DNA from: Candidatus Nomurabacteria bacterium
Lineage (GTDB): Bacteria; Patescibacteriota; Patescibacteriia; HK-STAS-PATE-3
NCBI GenBank assembly: GCA_023898465.1
Contig: CP060223.1
Span: 896,001-960,000, forward strand
Length of the DNA stretch: 64,000 bases
Reading direction: 5' to 3'
In this document: positions 36,810-46,487 of the stretch, in pieces
Layout: each line of letters starts with the position of its first letter
Numbering within the stretch: position 1 is the stretch's first letter
The notes under the pieces: model-generated
Database searches by the model: none
Seen by the model: the letters and a program-made list of their open reading frames with translations, nothing else
What the model was told of the DNA's origin: nothing
Program-made: the position numbers and the translations under genes

Positions 36810-38816
36810 ATGTCTAAAATACCGGATAGAACACAGGCCTGGCTGCTAGGAATGATGATCTGTATGATTGTTATCTCTTTTGCAGGTCAATACGTAAAAT
36901 GGCAAAGTCTGGCCTATAACGGACTCGATTTGGGTATTTACACTCAAGTAGTATCAGAAACCAGCCAAGGGAATTTCTTTGGCTTCACCATTCACCCGCA
37001 CTCCTACTTGGGTGACCATGTTGAATTTTTACTATTACTCCTTGTGCCTCTTTTTTGGATTGTGGCTCATCCACTCTGGCTCTTGGCCGCACAAAGCCTT
37101 GTGTTGGCTTTAGGCGCTATCCCTATATTTCGCCTTGCACGCAAAAAACTAAATGGTAACTGGGCTCTAGGTTTAAGTGCAGCCTACCTTTTTTCGCCTT
37201 TCCTCTGGAATGCAAACATGTATGAATTTCACATGTTAGCTTTTGCAATTCCAATCTTACTTGCGGCACTACAAACCTACATCACTAAATCACTCAAGTG
37301 GCATTGGCTTTGGCTGGCTTTGGCCTTGCTCGTACGAGAAGATGTTGCCTTTGTAGTATTTGGCATTGGTATTGTGGCTGCAATTGAGCGGAGGAATTGG
37401 AAATGGTGGCTACCCACCTTTTTGGTTAGCGCTGCCTGGTTTGGATGTAGTATTTATCTCGCTGGATCCTTGGGCACTTTGGGTGAATATAAATTTCTCA
37501 AATACTATGGATGGCTCGGCCCCGATCTTGTTTCTATTATCGGAAACTTTTTTGGACATCCCTGGCTCGTACTCCAACGCGTGCTTCATCCGCAAGCGCT
37601 TGCTTTCTTGCTAGGCCTAGGACTCCCTTTTGCCTATTTGCCAATCTTCCGACTTCGTTGGCTTATCCCGATCTTACCTATCTACTTACAACTTTCTCTC
37701 TCAGGAGTTGCGCGAGAAATCTCACTAGAAATGCACTACGTGAGTTTGTTCTTACCATTTCTCTGGATTGGCTCTATTGAGGCAATACACAAACTTCGTA
37801 GTGAAATGGGAAAAACTCGACGAGGAAAATTTATCCAAGAATACGCCGGGGTTATTGTTAGCGTACTCGCTGTTGTGGCAATATATTGCTTCATCGTAAT
37901 CGGTCCGATTCGCGGCCTGGCACAAACCTGGTATCGACCAGATACGCAACGTGAACATGAACAGTTAGCCAGAGATGTGCTCAACATTGTACCCGATACC
38001 ACACCTCTCGCAACTGGATATCGCTTTATTTCATGGACAGCCACTCGACCCGTGTTGTACTCCTTGCACTATCTTTTTATTGGCCGGCAACAATATAGCG
38101 ATGAAAGTTTCCCACTTGACCCTAGCATCCAAACGCTGCTCATAGACCAAAGTGATTTTGTTACCTATCAATCAGTCTATCCGGAAGATAATACCGACTA
38201 CAAAGGTGGTGCCCAGCGCTTCCGCGATCTCATTGAAGAAAGAAAGCTTCAGCTCAATCTCATGGTTGACGATCTCTTGCTCTATACAAACACCCATACT
38301 ACATCCCAAAAAGAATTAGTGCGTATTGGAAATGAAGATCAACTAAGACAAAGCCTCTTTCAGACAAGCAACGGACTCATCTTGCACTCCTGGGAGAATA
38401 ATGAAGGAATCAACAAACTTCAAAGTGAATATGTGCATATTAACACGCACAACTACCTCACCCTCCCGCTCTCGTTTATCTGGTCTCAGCATGAAATAAC
38501 AACGCGTCATAATACCGTACTACTCACACTGACTCGGGGAGACGGCGCAGTGTATCAAAAAGAATATCCCATCGCCCCGCTCTGGCCGCAATCAGAGTGG
38601 CCATTAGATACTCCAATGATTACGCAACACCAATTTCTCATCCCGACCGACTTCGCCCAAAGTGATACCCAGATAGCAATGGATGTGATGTCGATTCGGG
38701 GTCGATTAAGTTTGGATACCCAACGCTCTATCGTGCCTCGCTACGATGAACACGACTCCTTGGGCCACCTTAATCTCGGAAATCTTATTCTACCGGACGC
38801 AAGCGATACAGAGTAA
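36810..38816 (+). CDS. DUF2079-family polytopic membrane protein (putative glycosyltransferase)
   Basis: N-terminal YNGLDLGIYTQVVSETSQGNFF...HPHSYLGDHVEF pattern, about 12 TM segments, and a large C-terminal extracytoplasmic domain. Confidence 0.65.
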   Translation: MSKIPDRTQAWLLGMMICMIVISFAGQYVKWQSLAYNGLDLGIYTQVVSETSQGNFFGFTIHPHSYLGDHVEFLLLLLVPLFWIVAHPLWLLAAQSLVLALGAIPIFRLARKKLNGNWALGLSAAYLFSPFLWNANMYEFHMLAFAIPILLAALQTYITKSLKWHWLWLALALLVREDVAFVVFGIGIVAAIERRNWKWWLPTFLVSAAWFGCSIYLAGSLGTLGEYKFLKYYGWLGPDLVSIIGNFFGHPWLVLQRVLHPQALAFLLGLGLPFAYLPIFRLRWLIPILPIYLQLSLSGVAREISLEMHYVSLFLPFLWIGSIEAIHKLRSEMGKTRRGKFIQEYAGVIVSVLAVVAIYCFIVIGPIRGLAQTWYRPDTQREHEQLARDVLNIVPDTTPLATGYRFISWTATRPVLYSLHYLFIGRQQYSDESFPLDPSIQTLLIDQSDFVTYQSVYPEDNTDYKGGAQRFRDLIEERKLQLNLMVDDLLLYTNTHTTSQKELVRIGNEDQLRQSLFQTSNGLILHSWENNEGINKLQSEYVHINTHNYLTLPLSFIWSQHEITTRHNTVLLTLTRGDGAVYQKEYPIAPLWPQSEWPLDTPMITQHQFLIPTDFAQSDTQIAMDVMSIRGRLSLDTQRSIVPRYDEHDSLGHLNLGNLILPDASDTE

Positions 38817-40422
38817 GCTCGCCTGATTGGTATACTGTCTGAAGTGCAGAAATCGCGCTTGGATCAGCCACACTATTCCGCGTATCAAATTCACCCCATA
38901 GTAAATAATCCACACTCTGCTCTCGCAACCATCTTTCAAGGGCAGTATTTCCACTTTGGCGCGCTACAATAAAACCATCTGATTTGTCATTGTAATGCAA
39001 GGTTTCAATCGGGTGTCCAAATACCACTGCCCGACCCGCCCAAGCTGGTATATAGAGATTGCCAATTTTCCCAGCTGCAAAAACTGCACGAGTATCGGTG
39101 TGTGTTTTCATCCAGTCACTCATATCTTGATAAGATTGATCGACGTAGAGGTGGTATGGCGGCTGACGAAAAGTATCATTCGTCCAAAGATGTACATCCA
39201 TGCCCACTAAAGCAATCGGCGAAAGACTAAACACTACTACGGCCAGCATTGGAGTGGCTACATAGCGAGACCAGCTTACTAATGGAAATCGCTTGAATAC
39301 TATACGAAGACCAATAAAAGCAAATAAAGCTAGGGGGAGCATCCAACCTTCAGTTAGGCGGCGACTAAAACTAATCGGCAAAAAGAAAATACATGCTTGC
39401 CCAAACAACCACGCAAGCGGCATTGCGTAGGTGCTTCGATCACGACCTAGTTGAAACAAAGCAAGAAGGGCCAGCGGAATAAGAGCGCCATAGCTAATAA
39501 GTGTGGTAAAAAAGAATGGCATAGTATTCACATTCTGAGCCGCTCGGCTATTCGCAATTGGGTCAAAAAGTATTATCCCAACTTGGTAGAAAATCATTGG
39601 CAGCGCTAGTCCTCCTACAAGAAGCGCCCCCCACAAAGCCCGTGCCGTTTTATCCCGCTGCCATAAAAAAGTGAAGAGTATAAAAAGCACAAAAACCCCT
39701 ATCACTGTTGGTAAGTGAAAGGGGTGAAAGCTCATAAGTAAAAAAAGCGACAGGCCGCTTTGCAAAAAATACTGTATTTGCTTTTGCTGCACCCCGAGGT
39801 AATACCAATGAAAAATGAGAATAAGTAATGAGGTGGCTAAAATAAAATGCGGGCTCTGATACATCGTTAAAAATGTATACGCTTCACTTACCCAGAGATC
39901 CATCGGCCAAATCGCCCACTCAATAAATCCAAAAATGTATTTAATAAAAGGATATGCAATTGCTCCAAATCCTGCAGCAAAAAGAAAAAGCAAAATAGCA
40001 AATTTACGCTCACGCCATGCCGGAAGAAAATTGCGTAAGAAAATTTCGCTCGACCATAGGAGTAAGGGGATGAGGAGGATTCGGGCTAAATGAAAACTTA
40101 CTAATGCGGAAAGGTGCAGCCACTTTGCCATATATCCAACAACAATCCAGATTGGACTGAAAATAAAAGCGTCATGCGGCTCAGCAGTAAACAAATCCCT
40201 AAGCATCACCTGTCCCTGTTTTACCTGTTCTATGTAGGAAAAATAGACCGGCAAATCACCTGGAGCCAGTGTATGTCCTCCGGTAAAAATCATCCCATCT
40301 GCCTGCATCATCCACGCGTAGAGGTAAGGGAACGTTGTGAGAATAACTAAAGCGAGGGCTATCCACCAAAACCAACGACGTGGCATTTTTTCAGCATCTG
40401 GGTGAAGAGAAAAAAACTGCAT
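38785..40422 (-). CDS. polytopic membrane protein, GT-C-fold glycosyltransferase-like
   Basis: More than 10 TM segments plus a C-terminal soluble domain. Last gene of the coupled operon. Its 3' end overlaps the convergent DUF2079 gene by 32 nt. Confidence 0.45.
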   Translation of the reverse strand: MQFFSLHPDAEKMPRRWFWWIALALVILTTFPYLYAWMMQADGMIFTGGHTLAPGDLPVYFSYIEQVKQGQVMLRDLFTAEPHDAFIFSPIWIVVGYMAKWLHLSALVSFHLARILLIPLLLWSSEIFLRNFLPAWRERKFAILLFLFAAGFGAIAYPFIKYIFGFIEWAIWPMDLWVSEAYTFLTMYQSPHFILATSLLILIFHWYYLGVQQKQIQYFLQSGLSLFLLMSFHPFHLPTVIGVFVLFILFTFLWQRDKTARALWGALLVGGLALPMIFYQVGIILFDPIANSRAAQNVNTMPFFFTTLISYGALIPLALLALFQLGRDRSTYAMPLAWLFGQACIFFLPISFSRRLTEGWMLPLALFAFIGLRIVFKRFPLVSWSRYVATPMLAVVVFSLSPIALVGMDVHLWTNDTFRQPPYHLYVDQSYQDMSDWMKTHTDTRAVFAAGKIGNLYIPAWAGRAVVFGHPIETLHYNDKSDGFIVARQSGNTALERWLREQSVDYLLWGEFDTRNSVADPSAISALQTVYQSGELTLYRLRPVE

Positions 40423-41120
40423 TACTTCTGAGAGCGAAACAATAATGCAAGAATCATTTGAGCGTATTCACGAGCAATCGTGAATGAAATTTTACTCTTG
40501 CCATATTGGCGATCCTGAAAAACATAGCCGATTTCTGTGGTCTGAAGTGGACGCGCTCGAACCAAAATCTCTACTAAAAGTTTATACCCGCGCGGACGTA
40601 AAGTATGTGCAATGCGTGTATACACATCTCGTCGTACGGCAAAATATCCGCTCATAGGATCACGCTCTCGAATACCGAGCATCACCTGAGCAATCCTAGT
40701 AGCAAACCAACTCATGGCTTGGCGTCGCAGAGGCCAACCTAACATACCGCCGCCACTAACAAAGCGTGAACCGATAGCCACGTCATTACCTAACTGCACC
40801 GCCCTAATCATCTGCGGAATAATTGCCGTATCATGCGAAAGATCGGCATCCATGCAAATAAAAATTTCTGATCTGGCCTCTTCCATACCAGCCATCAGTG
40901 CAGAAGCAAGGCCTAACTTACCTGTTCGCTCAATAACCCTGACTGGATAGTGAGCAGCCAGCGAACGAACAAGCTGAGCGGTCCCATCTGGCGAAGCATC
41001 GTCAACCACAATTATCTCGACAACCAGCTGCAAGCGGGCAATCTGTCGAAGGCACGCCTCAATGTTCTCCTTTTCATTATAGGTTGGCAGGATAATGCTA
41101 GCTTTTGGCAAGGCGCTCAT
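40422..41120 (-). CDS. polyprenol-monophosphate mannose synthase (GT2, Dpm1/Ppm1-like)
   Basis: SIILPTYNEKENI...VVDDASPDGTAQLV...CMDADLSHD. Confidence 0.85.
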   Translation of the reverse strand: MSALPKASIILPTYNEKENIEACLRQIARLQLVVEIIVVDDASPDGTAQLVRSLAAHYPVRVIERTGKLGLASALMAGMEEARSEIFICMDADLSHDTAIIPQMIRAVQLGNDVAIGSRFVSGGGMLGWPLRRQAMSWFATRIAQVMLGIRERDPMSGYFAVRRDVYTRIAHTLRPRGYKLLVEILVRARPLQTTEIGYVFQDRQYGKSKISFTIAREYAQMILALLFRSQK

Positions 41121-42406
41121 GAAGATACGGATTTGGACTGATCGCTCGACCCTGATGAAGTATAAGGCAGGGCTGCTAATAGGAAAACAAGCGCGAGGTA
41201 ACCCAGGTGTGTGTCATTAAAATACCGGGCAAAAAACCAAAAAACAAGCAGGGTAAATCCATAGTACCAGAAGATATTTTGCAGGGAAATGTCTAGTCGA
41301 CTCTTCCTCAATAAAAGGAGAAAACTCGGGATTCCAATGCAGAGAGAAAAAACCCAAAATGGGAAATGTCCGTAGGGATCAATAACATGAAAAGTTGCCA
41401 TCCACTGGGCAATACCTAAACCTGATGCTGGATAACTCAACTCAGCGCTGCCGTTTGCATACTTCCAAACGTCATCATAAAAAGCTCCTGGCGACCAGAG
41501 AAAGAAAAAACCCATAACCACAATAAGGAGAAGTAGCGAAGGAAATAATGGACGATATACTTGCCGCCAAGGACCTGGTTTCCGGCGCTGCCATACTGCT
41601 ACGAGGTAAAATGGCACAAAGAGCCAGGCGGACTGCTTCATCAGTAAAGCAAAAACCAGAGCAAATCCCGAGCTCGTGTATCTGCCTCGATAAAGCGCTA
41701 GGGCTGCGAGGAAGAGGAAAAGCAATACGGTGATGTCATTCAACCCAGCCACAATAAACTTCAACATAAATGGATTCAACGCAGTAAGGATAATTGCTAG
41801 ATCTCTCCAAGGAGCTTGCACGGTTTTTGCTAAGAGTAAGAGGAAGGCAATCCAAAAAAGTAAGTACAGCGCACGTACATCAAACCAACCAGTAAATCGC
41901 TCTAGGCTCCATTGCCACGGCGCCACGATAAGGAAAGAGCCTGGTAAATACACATAGTGCTCCCAGGCTGGATTGGGTCGCGTGCTATCAGAAAAACGAT
42001 CAGGGAACACACCAAAAGCTGTACCACGATAATCACTCGCATAAGGATTTTTACCCTGTAGGAGAAAATGACTCGCTTCCTCAGTCTGGATTGCACCATC
42101 GTGCACATATGCTTCTAGTGGACGATAAGGTCGTACCAGCATCTGCAAGGTACAGACGGTCACTAGGATGCCTATGCTTAAGATAAGGACGATCCTTGTT
42201 CGCATCTCATCTGCTGATGGGGCAAAGATAAGACTTAATCCATACGCAAACACCAGCAACAAAGGCAGGATGCCAAACCAGAAAAGTGGTGTGGGGGAAA
42301 AGAAATAACTAAAGGCCTGCTGACCTGAAAAAACCTCGGCCATCACATAAAGCACGAGGAGAAGAATGAGAACAAAAGTAAAACGTCGAATCGTGATTCC
42401 GTTCAT
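41117..42406 (-). CDS. polytopic membrane glycosyltransferase, GT87/DUF2029-like
   Basis: Loop motif HDGAIQTEEASHFLLQGKNPYASDY, many TM segments, and an ATGA overlap with the next gene. Confidence 0.55.
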   Translation of the reverse strand: MNGITIRRFTFVLILLLVLYVMAEVFSGQQAFSYFFSPTPLFWFGILPLLLVFAYGLSLIFAPSADEMRTRIVLILSIGILVTVCTLQMLVRPYRPLEAYVHDGAIQTEEASHFLLQGKNPYASDYRGTAFGVFPDRFSDSTRPNPAWEHYVYLPGSFLIVAPWQWSLERFTGWFDVRALYLLFWIAFLLLLAKTVQAPWRDLAIILTALNPFMLKFIVAGLNDITVLLFLFLAALALYRGRYTSSGFALVFALLMKQSAWLFVPFYLVAVWQRRKPGPWRQVYRPLFPSLLLLIVVMGFFFLWSPGAFYDDVWKYANGSAELSYPASGLGIAQWMATFHVIDPYGHFPFWVFSLCIGIPSFLLLLRKSRLDISLQNIFWYYGFTLLVFWFFARYFNDTHLGYLALVFLLAALPYTSSGSSDQSKSVSS

Positions 42407-44041
42407 TTACGGAGCAACTGCATAAATCTTAGCCTCCTTGTCTTCGTAGACCAGTGAGACCCCCTCTGTACCATCTACTAAACGATCCATAGCTACATGA
42501 TCTTTAGTAACAACTACGTACGATGCATGAAAAGTATCACGTAGAGTGGTACTCACCGTGCTCGGATCTGACTTCCCGGTGGTTAAATCAACCCAAGCCC
42601 AATAGCGATCTTCATCGTGGGCATACAAAAAGGTTGGATCTAAACCAGCAATATAGCGATGTGATGGATCATAGTAAAAAAGGAGTGGAAACTCATCCCA
42701 GTCACTATGTACGACAATCTCGTCTGATGGGGCATTTGCTTTTAACCAAGTGCCAACACCAGACAGGGTTGAGGCATCTTGCCCACCCGCTAGGTCGCGT
42801 CGCACATTTCGCAAGTCACGTACACCCACGCCAACCACTCCTATAACAACATAGGCGAGGATTATCACTGCGACCGTTTTTGAAAGGACGCTATGACGCC
42901 ACCCGGCCACAACATCTCGCAAAAGCGCTTTACCTGCCTTACCAGAGAGTGCGTCGCTGATGGAAAAAGCTCCAAACAACATACCAATCGGCACATAGTA
43001 TTCAACGTAGCGCTTGGACTTCAGGGTAAGCAGGAAAAAGAAAATGGTTAGCAAGAAGAGGGTCCAGGAGCGGACAGACTGCTTTCGTAATTGCAGAGCC
43101 ATACCGAATATCCCTAACACCACCACAATAGAAACAAAGATGGTGGTAGGAATAAGCTCACCGATGTGATACGGATACCACTCTCCGCCTACGCCAATGC
43201 TATGTTGCGCATTAATAATGCCAATCTTAAAAAGCTGGTATTCGTAAAATCGAATGTTGTGCGGGAAGCTAGGATTAAGCAATAGACCTGCCAGCATCCC
43301 ACCCCCAACCGCCAAACCTATGGTGATGTAAAGACGCCAAGAAGCTTCATGGTGTCGCCAACGATCATACTGCTCATGCAGACGAGTAAGGAGAGAACGA
43401 GAATCACTCTGATGGAGTATCCAATAACGGACTAAGCCCACCAGGCAAAACACCGCTGTACAAACAAGCAGCAGGGAAAATCCGCCGTATACCCAAACAA
43501 AAATCCATGAGTACACAAAAGCCCACTTTGCTCGGAAGTGAAACACCAACCATAAACCAGCCAAAAGAAGTGTCACTCCCAGAACAGGCGCTTTTGGTAA
43601 ACCCATCCGAAACATGAATGGATTCACAAACAAAAGCAACAAGGTAAATACAAATGCCCATCGCACTTGGAAGGAACGAAGGAGGCCATAGAACATGCCA
43701 GCCATCACTGCAGTGAGTAAAATAGTGGCGACTTTTATCCCGACCAGTGGATCAGCTATAGAAACAAACGGGATGAGAATAACGTGATAAAGAAAATGCT
43801 GATTAATGTAATTCTCACTCAGGGATGTAAAAGGCAGCCAGGGAAACTGCGTAAAAAAACCTTTGTCAGCTACCAGGGTTGCCATCCGAGCATGATAAAA
43901 AGAATCAGGATCAGCAAAAGCATCATGCAATTGCAAATACGATGCAATGACCAGGGCAATCATCATGATAAGCAGACCGGTCAGAAAGGGCGTCCGGCAA
44001 AAGATACGATAGATTTTATACCACCAAGCCTCCTTTTCCAT
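42407..44041 (-). CDS. polytopic GT-C membrane glycosyltransferase (PMT/ArnT-like or STT3/AglB-like)
   Basis: First-loop motif ADPDSFYHARMATLVADKG. Later motifs GGEWYPYHIGEL and VVHSDWDEFPLLFYYDPSHRYIAGLDP. About 13 TM segments and a short C-terminal soluble domain. Confidence 0.5.
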   Translation of the reverse strand: MEKEAWWYKIYRIFCRTPFLTGLLIMMIALVIASYLQLHDAFADPDSFYHARMATLVADKGFFTQFPWLPFTSLSENYINQHFLYHVILIPFVSIADPLVGIKVATILLTAVMAGMFYGLLRSFQVRWAFVFTLLLLFVNPFMFRMGLPKAPVLGVTLLLAGLWLVFHFRAKWAFVYSWIFVWVYGGFSLLLVCTAVFCLVGLVRYWILHQSDSRSLLTRLHEQYDRWRHHEASWRLYITIGLAVGGGMLAGLLLNPSFPHNIRFYEYQLFKIGIINAQHSIGVGGEWYPYHIGELIPTTIFVSIVVVLGIFGMALQLRKQSVRSWTLFLLTIFFFLLTLKSKRYVEYYVPIGMLFGAFSISDALSGKAGKALLRDVVAGWRHSVLSKTVAVIILAYVVIGVVGVGVRDLRNVRRDLAGGQDASTLSGVGTWLKANAPSDEIVVHSDWDEFPLLFYYDPSHRYIAGLDPTFLYAHDEDRYWAWVDLTTGKSDPSTVSTTLRDTFHASYVVVTKDHVAMDRLVDGTEGVSLVYEDKEAKIYAVAP

Positions 44042-44094
44042 ACGCTAAAGTATAGCATTCTCATGCCTACACGGCGAACTGCTGATTAGCGAAT

Positions 44095-45147
44095 TTACTT
44101 CAGCTGCGCTTTGAAATAATCCACCCAAGGAATCGGCGATGGATCTATGTCATGCTCCATAGCGAGCCAGAAGCTGAGATAGCCACTAAAGGTGAGGTGT
44201 AAAACTATCTCTTCTAAGCGCGACTGAGCAGAAACCTTCACATCATCAACGCTAAAGTGCTGTCGTTGAAAAACCTTTTTACTAATACCGTAACGTTTTT
44301 CATTTCGAGCATGTAAAAACTTTGAACGAAGCATGAGTACATGCAGGGCTACTTTAGGATGCGCTAAGCCCTCCATGAGGTGGTGATTTAATCCTGGGAT
44401 AGGGAAATGTAGCGCAAAATGCTTACTGTTTTCATGGAAGCGATTTCGATAGGCCAGGGCTACATTTTCTAAGTGCTCGCTCCCCACAATAAGCGGGATG
44501 CGAGTGCACAACTTCTTGGCTAACTGCAGAGTAGTATTTCGTTGTTGAGGCGCCTGCACTGACCATTGTTTACCAGCTCGTCGAGCCTTCTCTATTGCGC
44601 GATGTAATTCTGGAGTAGATACACGTAGCTGCCCAGCAGCCGCAAGTAGCCCCATAATACCAAAAAGCATGTATCCAGTACCCATGCGAGGTTGCTGGGA
44701 TGGATTATACCGTGCATCAAAAATATAGGCGGGAATTTTCCATTGCGTAGCCAACTTGGCCAATGTCCCACCCGAGGAAATAACCATGAGTTTGGCGCCA
44801 CGTTGTCGAGCCTGACGAAGCGCGCTCACACTTTCTTCCGTACCGCCTGAATAACTTGAGGCGATTACGAGAGTATCAGGACCAACATAGGCTGGAATAT
44901 CGTACTGCTCTATTACCTCAAAAGTCGCTTTTGATGAGGGACGCAAAAAATCCGCTGCGATCCGAGCTGGAAATGCAGAGCCACCCATACCAGCCACCAC
45001 AATTTTTTTCACTGCACGATAACTAGCAGGCACAGCTATGCGTGAGGATTCGTCCCAGGCTTGTGCAATCTGATCAGGAAAAGCATCGAGCGAACTTAAC
45101 ATTTGTTGCTTATCAAGTCTTTGGACTTTTTGTTGTAGTGTCATCAT
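44095..45147 (-). CDS. bifunctional phosphoglucose/phosphomannose isomerase (SIS domain)
   Basis: KKIVVAGMGGSAFPARIAADFL, SYSGGTEE, and a C-terminal region typical of the bifunctional PGI/PMI family. Confidence 0.8.
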   Translation of the reverse strand: MMTLQQKVQRLDKQQMLSSLDAFPDQIAQAWDESSRIAVPASYRAVKKIVVAGMGGSAFPARIAADFLRPSSKATFEVIEQYDIPAYVGPDTLVIASSYSGGTEESVSALRQARQRGAKLMVISSGGTLAKLATQWKIPAYIFDARYNPSQQPRMGTGYMLFGIMGLLAAAGQLRVSTPELHRAIEKARRAGKQWSVQAPQQRNTTLQLAKKLCTRIPLIVGSEHLENVALAYRNRFHENSKHFALHFPIPGLNHHLMEGLAHPKVALHVLMLRSKFLHARNEKRYGISKKVFQRQHFSVDDVKVSAQSRLEEIVLHLTFSGYLSFWLAMEHDIDPSPIPWVDYFKAQLK

Positions 45148-45193
45148 GCATTAAATAGTATCAGTCTTTATGGGCAAAGAAAAGGAAAGTATA

Positions 45194-45222
45194 TTGACCG
45201 TTCGGCTTTTTTTTGGTATAGT
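45194..45222 (+). promoter_or_regulatory. candidate promoter of yebC-ruvC and downstream genes
   Basis: TTGACC-17 nt-TATAGT. Confidence 0.55.
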
Positions 45223-45283
45223 AATAGCAAGGAACTCACGGGGAGATGGCGCTTTTAGTGATGAAGTCTCCGCTCATCAAGCT

Positions 45284-46006
45284 ATGTCCGGACATTCCAA
45301 GTGGTCACAAATTAAACGACAAAAAGGTGCGGCGGATGTAAAACGCAGCAGTCTTTTTACTAAACTCGCTAATAATATTGCGGTAGCTGCCAGAGATGGA
45401 AAAGATCCTGACATGAATTTTCGTCTCCGTTTAGCTATAGATCGTGCTCGAGCCGCCAATATGCCCAATGACAATATTGACCGAGCAGTGAAACGGGGTG
45501 CTGGTGAACTTGAAGGACAGATTATTGAGGAGATCACCTACGAAGCCTATGGCCCGGGTGGCGCTGCACTCGTTATACGCGTGCTCAGTGATAATAAGAA
45601 TCGAAGCGCAAGCGAGGTACGGACGACGCTCAATAAATACAATGGCAATTTGGGAGCAGCAGGAAGTGTGGTATGGAACTTCACGCTCAAAGGCGTCATC
45701 CGCGTCGAACAAGAGCATGTGCAGGAAAAAGATATCGACACCTTAAGCCTAGAACTCGTTGATGCAGGAGCGGAGGATATAGCTCAATCTGAAGAGGGAC
45801 TAACAATCTTCACCGCCGTGTCAGGTCTGGCTGAAGTACAAAGTGCACTTCACAAACAAAATATCGCAATTGCCGAAGCTGGACTCGAATATGTGCCAAA
45901 CACTACTGTAGCGCTAGATGAAAAAGCTTCTGGACAAATGCACACCTTAATTGACGCTCTTGAAGAGCTTGATGACGTTGACGCCGTCTTCACCAATGCC
46001 CAATAA
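45284..46006 (+). CDS. yebC: YebC/PmpR-family DNA-binding regulator
   Basis: MSGHSKWSQIKRQKGAADVKRSSLFTKL N-terminus. Confidence 0.9.
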   Translation: MSGHSKWSQIKRQKGAADVKRSSLFTKLANNIAVAARDGKDPDMNFRLRLAIDRARAANMPNDNIDRAVKRGAGELEGQIIEEITYEAYGPGGAALVIRVLSDNKNRSASEVRTTLNKYNGNLGAAGSVVWNFTLKGVIRVEQEHVQEKDIDTLSLELVDAGAEDIAQSEEGLTIFTAVSGLAEVQSALHKQNIAIAEAGLEYVPNTTVALDEKASGQMHTLIDALEELDDVDAVFTNAQ

Positions 46007-46487
46007 GTCACGTCGCATTCTCGGAATTGACCCTGGCTATGGACGACTCGGTTACGGAGTGCTGGAGGAAAAAGATCGGACGCTCCACTGTGAAAGCTAC
46101 GGCTGCATCGAAACACCGGCGAAAGAAGAAGCACCAGTCCGGCTAGCTAAGATTGCCCAAGAGCTACGCAGCATTTTACAACGCTATCAACCTGACCTCA
46201 TCGCAGTAGAAAAACTTTTCTTTGCAAAAAACACCAAGACAGCCCTCGGGGTAAGTGAAGCACGGGGAGTAGTACTCCTGATTGCACAAGAATACGGTGC
46301 AGAAATACAAGAATTTACACCAGTAGAAGTAAAACTAGCCTTAACCGGCTACGGACAAGCAAATAAAGATCAAGTACAGCAGATGGTAGAACGCCTCCTC
46401 AAAGTAGAGGAAAAAATCGCCAGCGATGATGCGGCAGACGCACTGGCAATCGCCATCTGTGCCGCCCACACAAAAATACCTACATGA
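45996..46487 (+). CDS. ruvC: crossover junction endodeoxyribonuclease RuvC
   Basis: RILGIDPGYGRLGYGVLE...AVEKLFFAKN...DAADALAIAICA. Confidence 0.9.
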   Translation: MPNKSRRILGIDPGYGRLGYGVLEEKDRTLHCESYGCIETPAKEEAPVRLAKIAQELRSILQRYQPDLIAVEKLFFAKNTKTALGVSEARGVVLLIAQEYGAEIQEFTPVEVKLALTGYGQANKDQVQQMVERLLKVEEKIASDDAADALAIAICAAHTKIPT

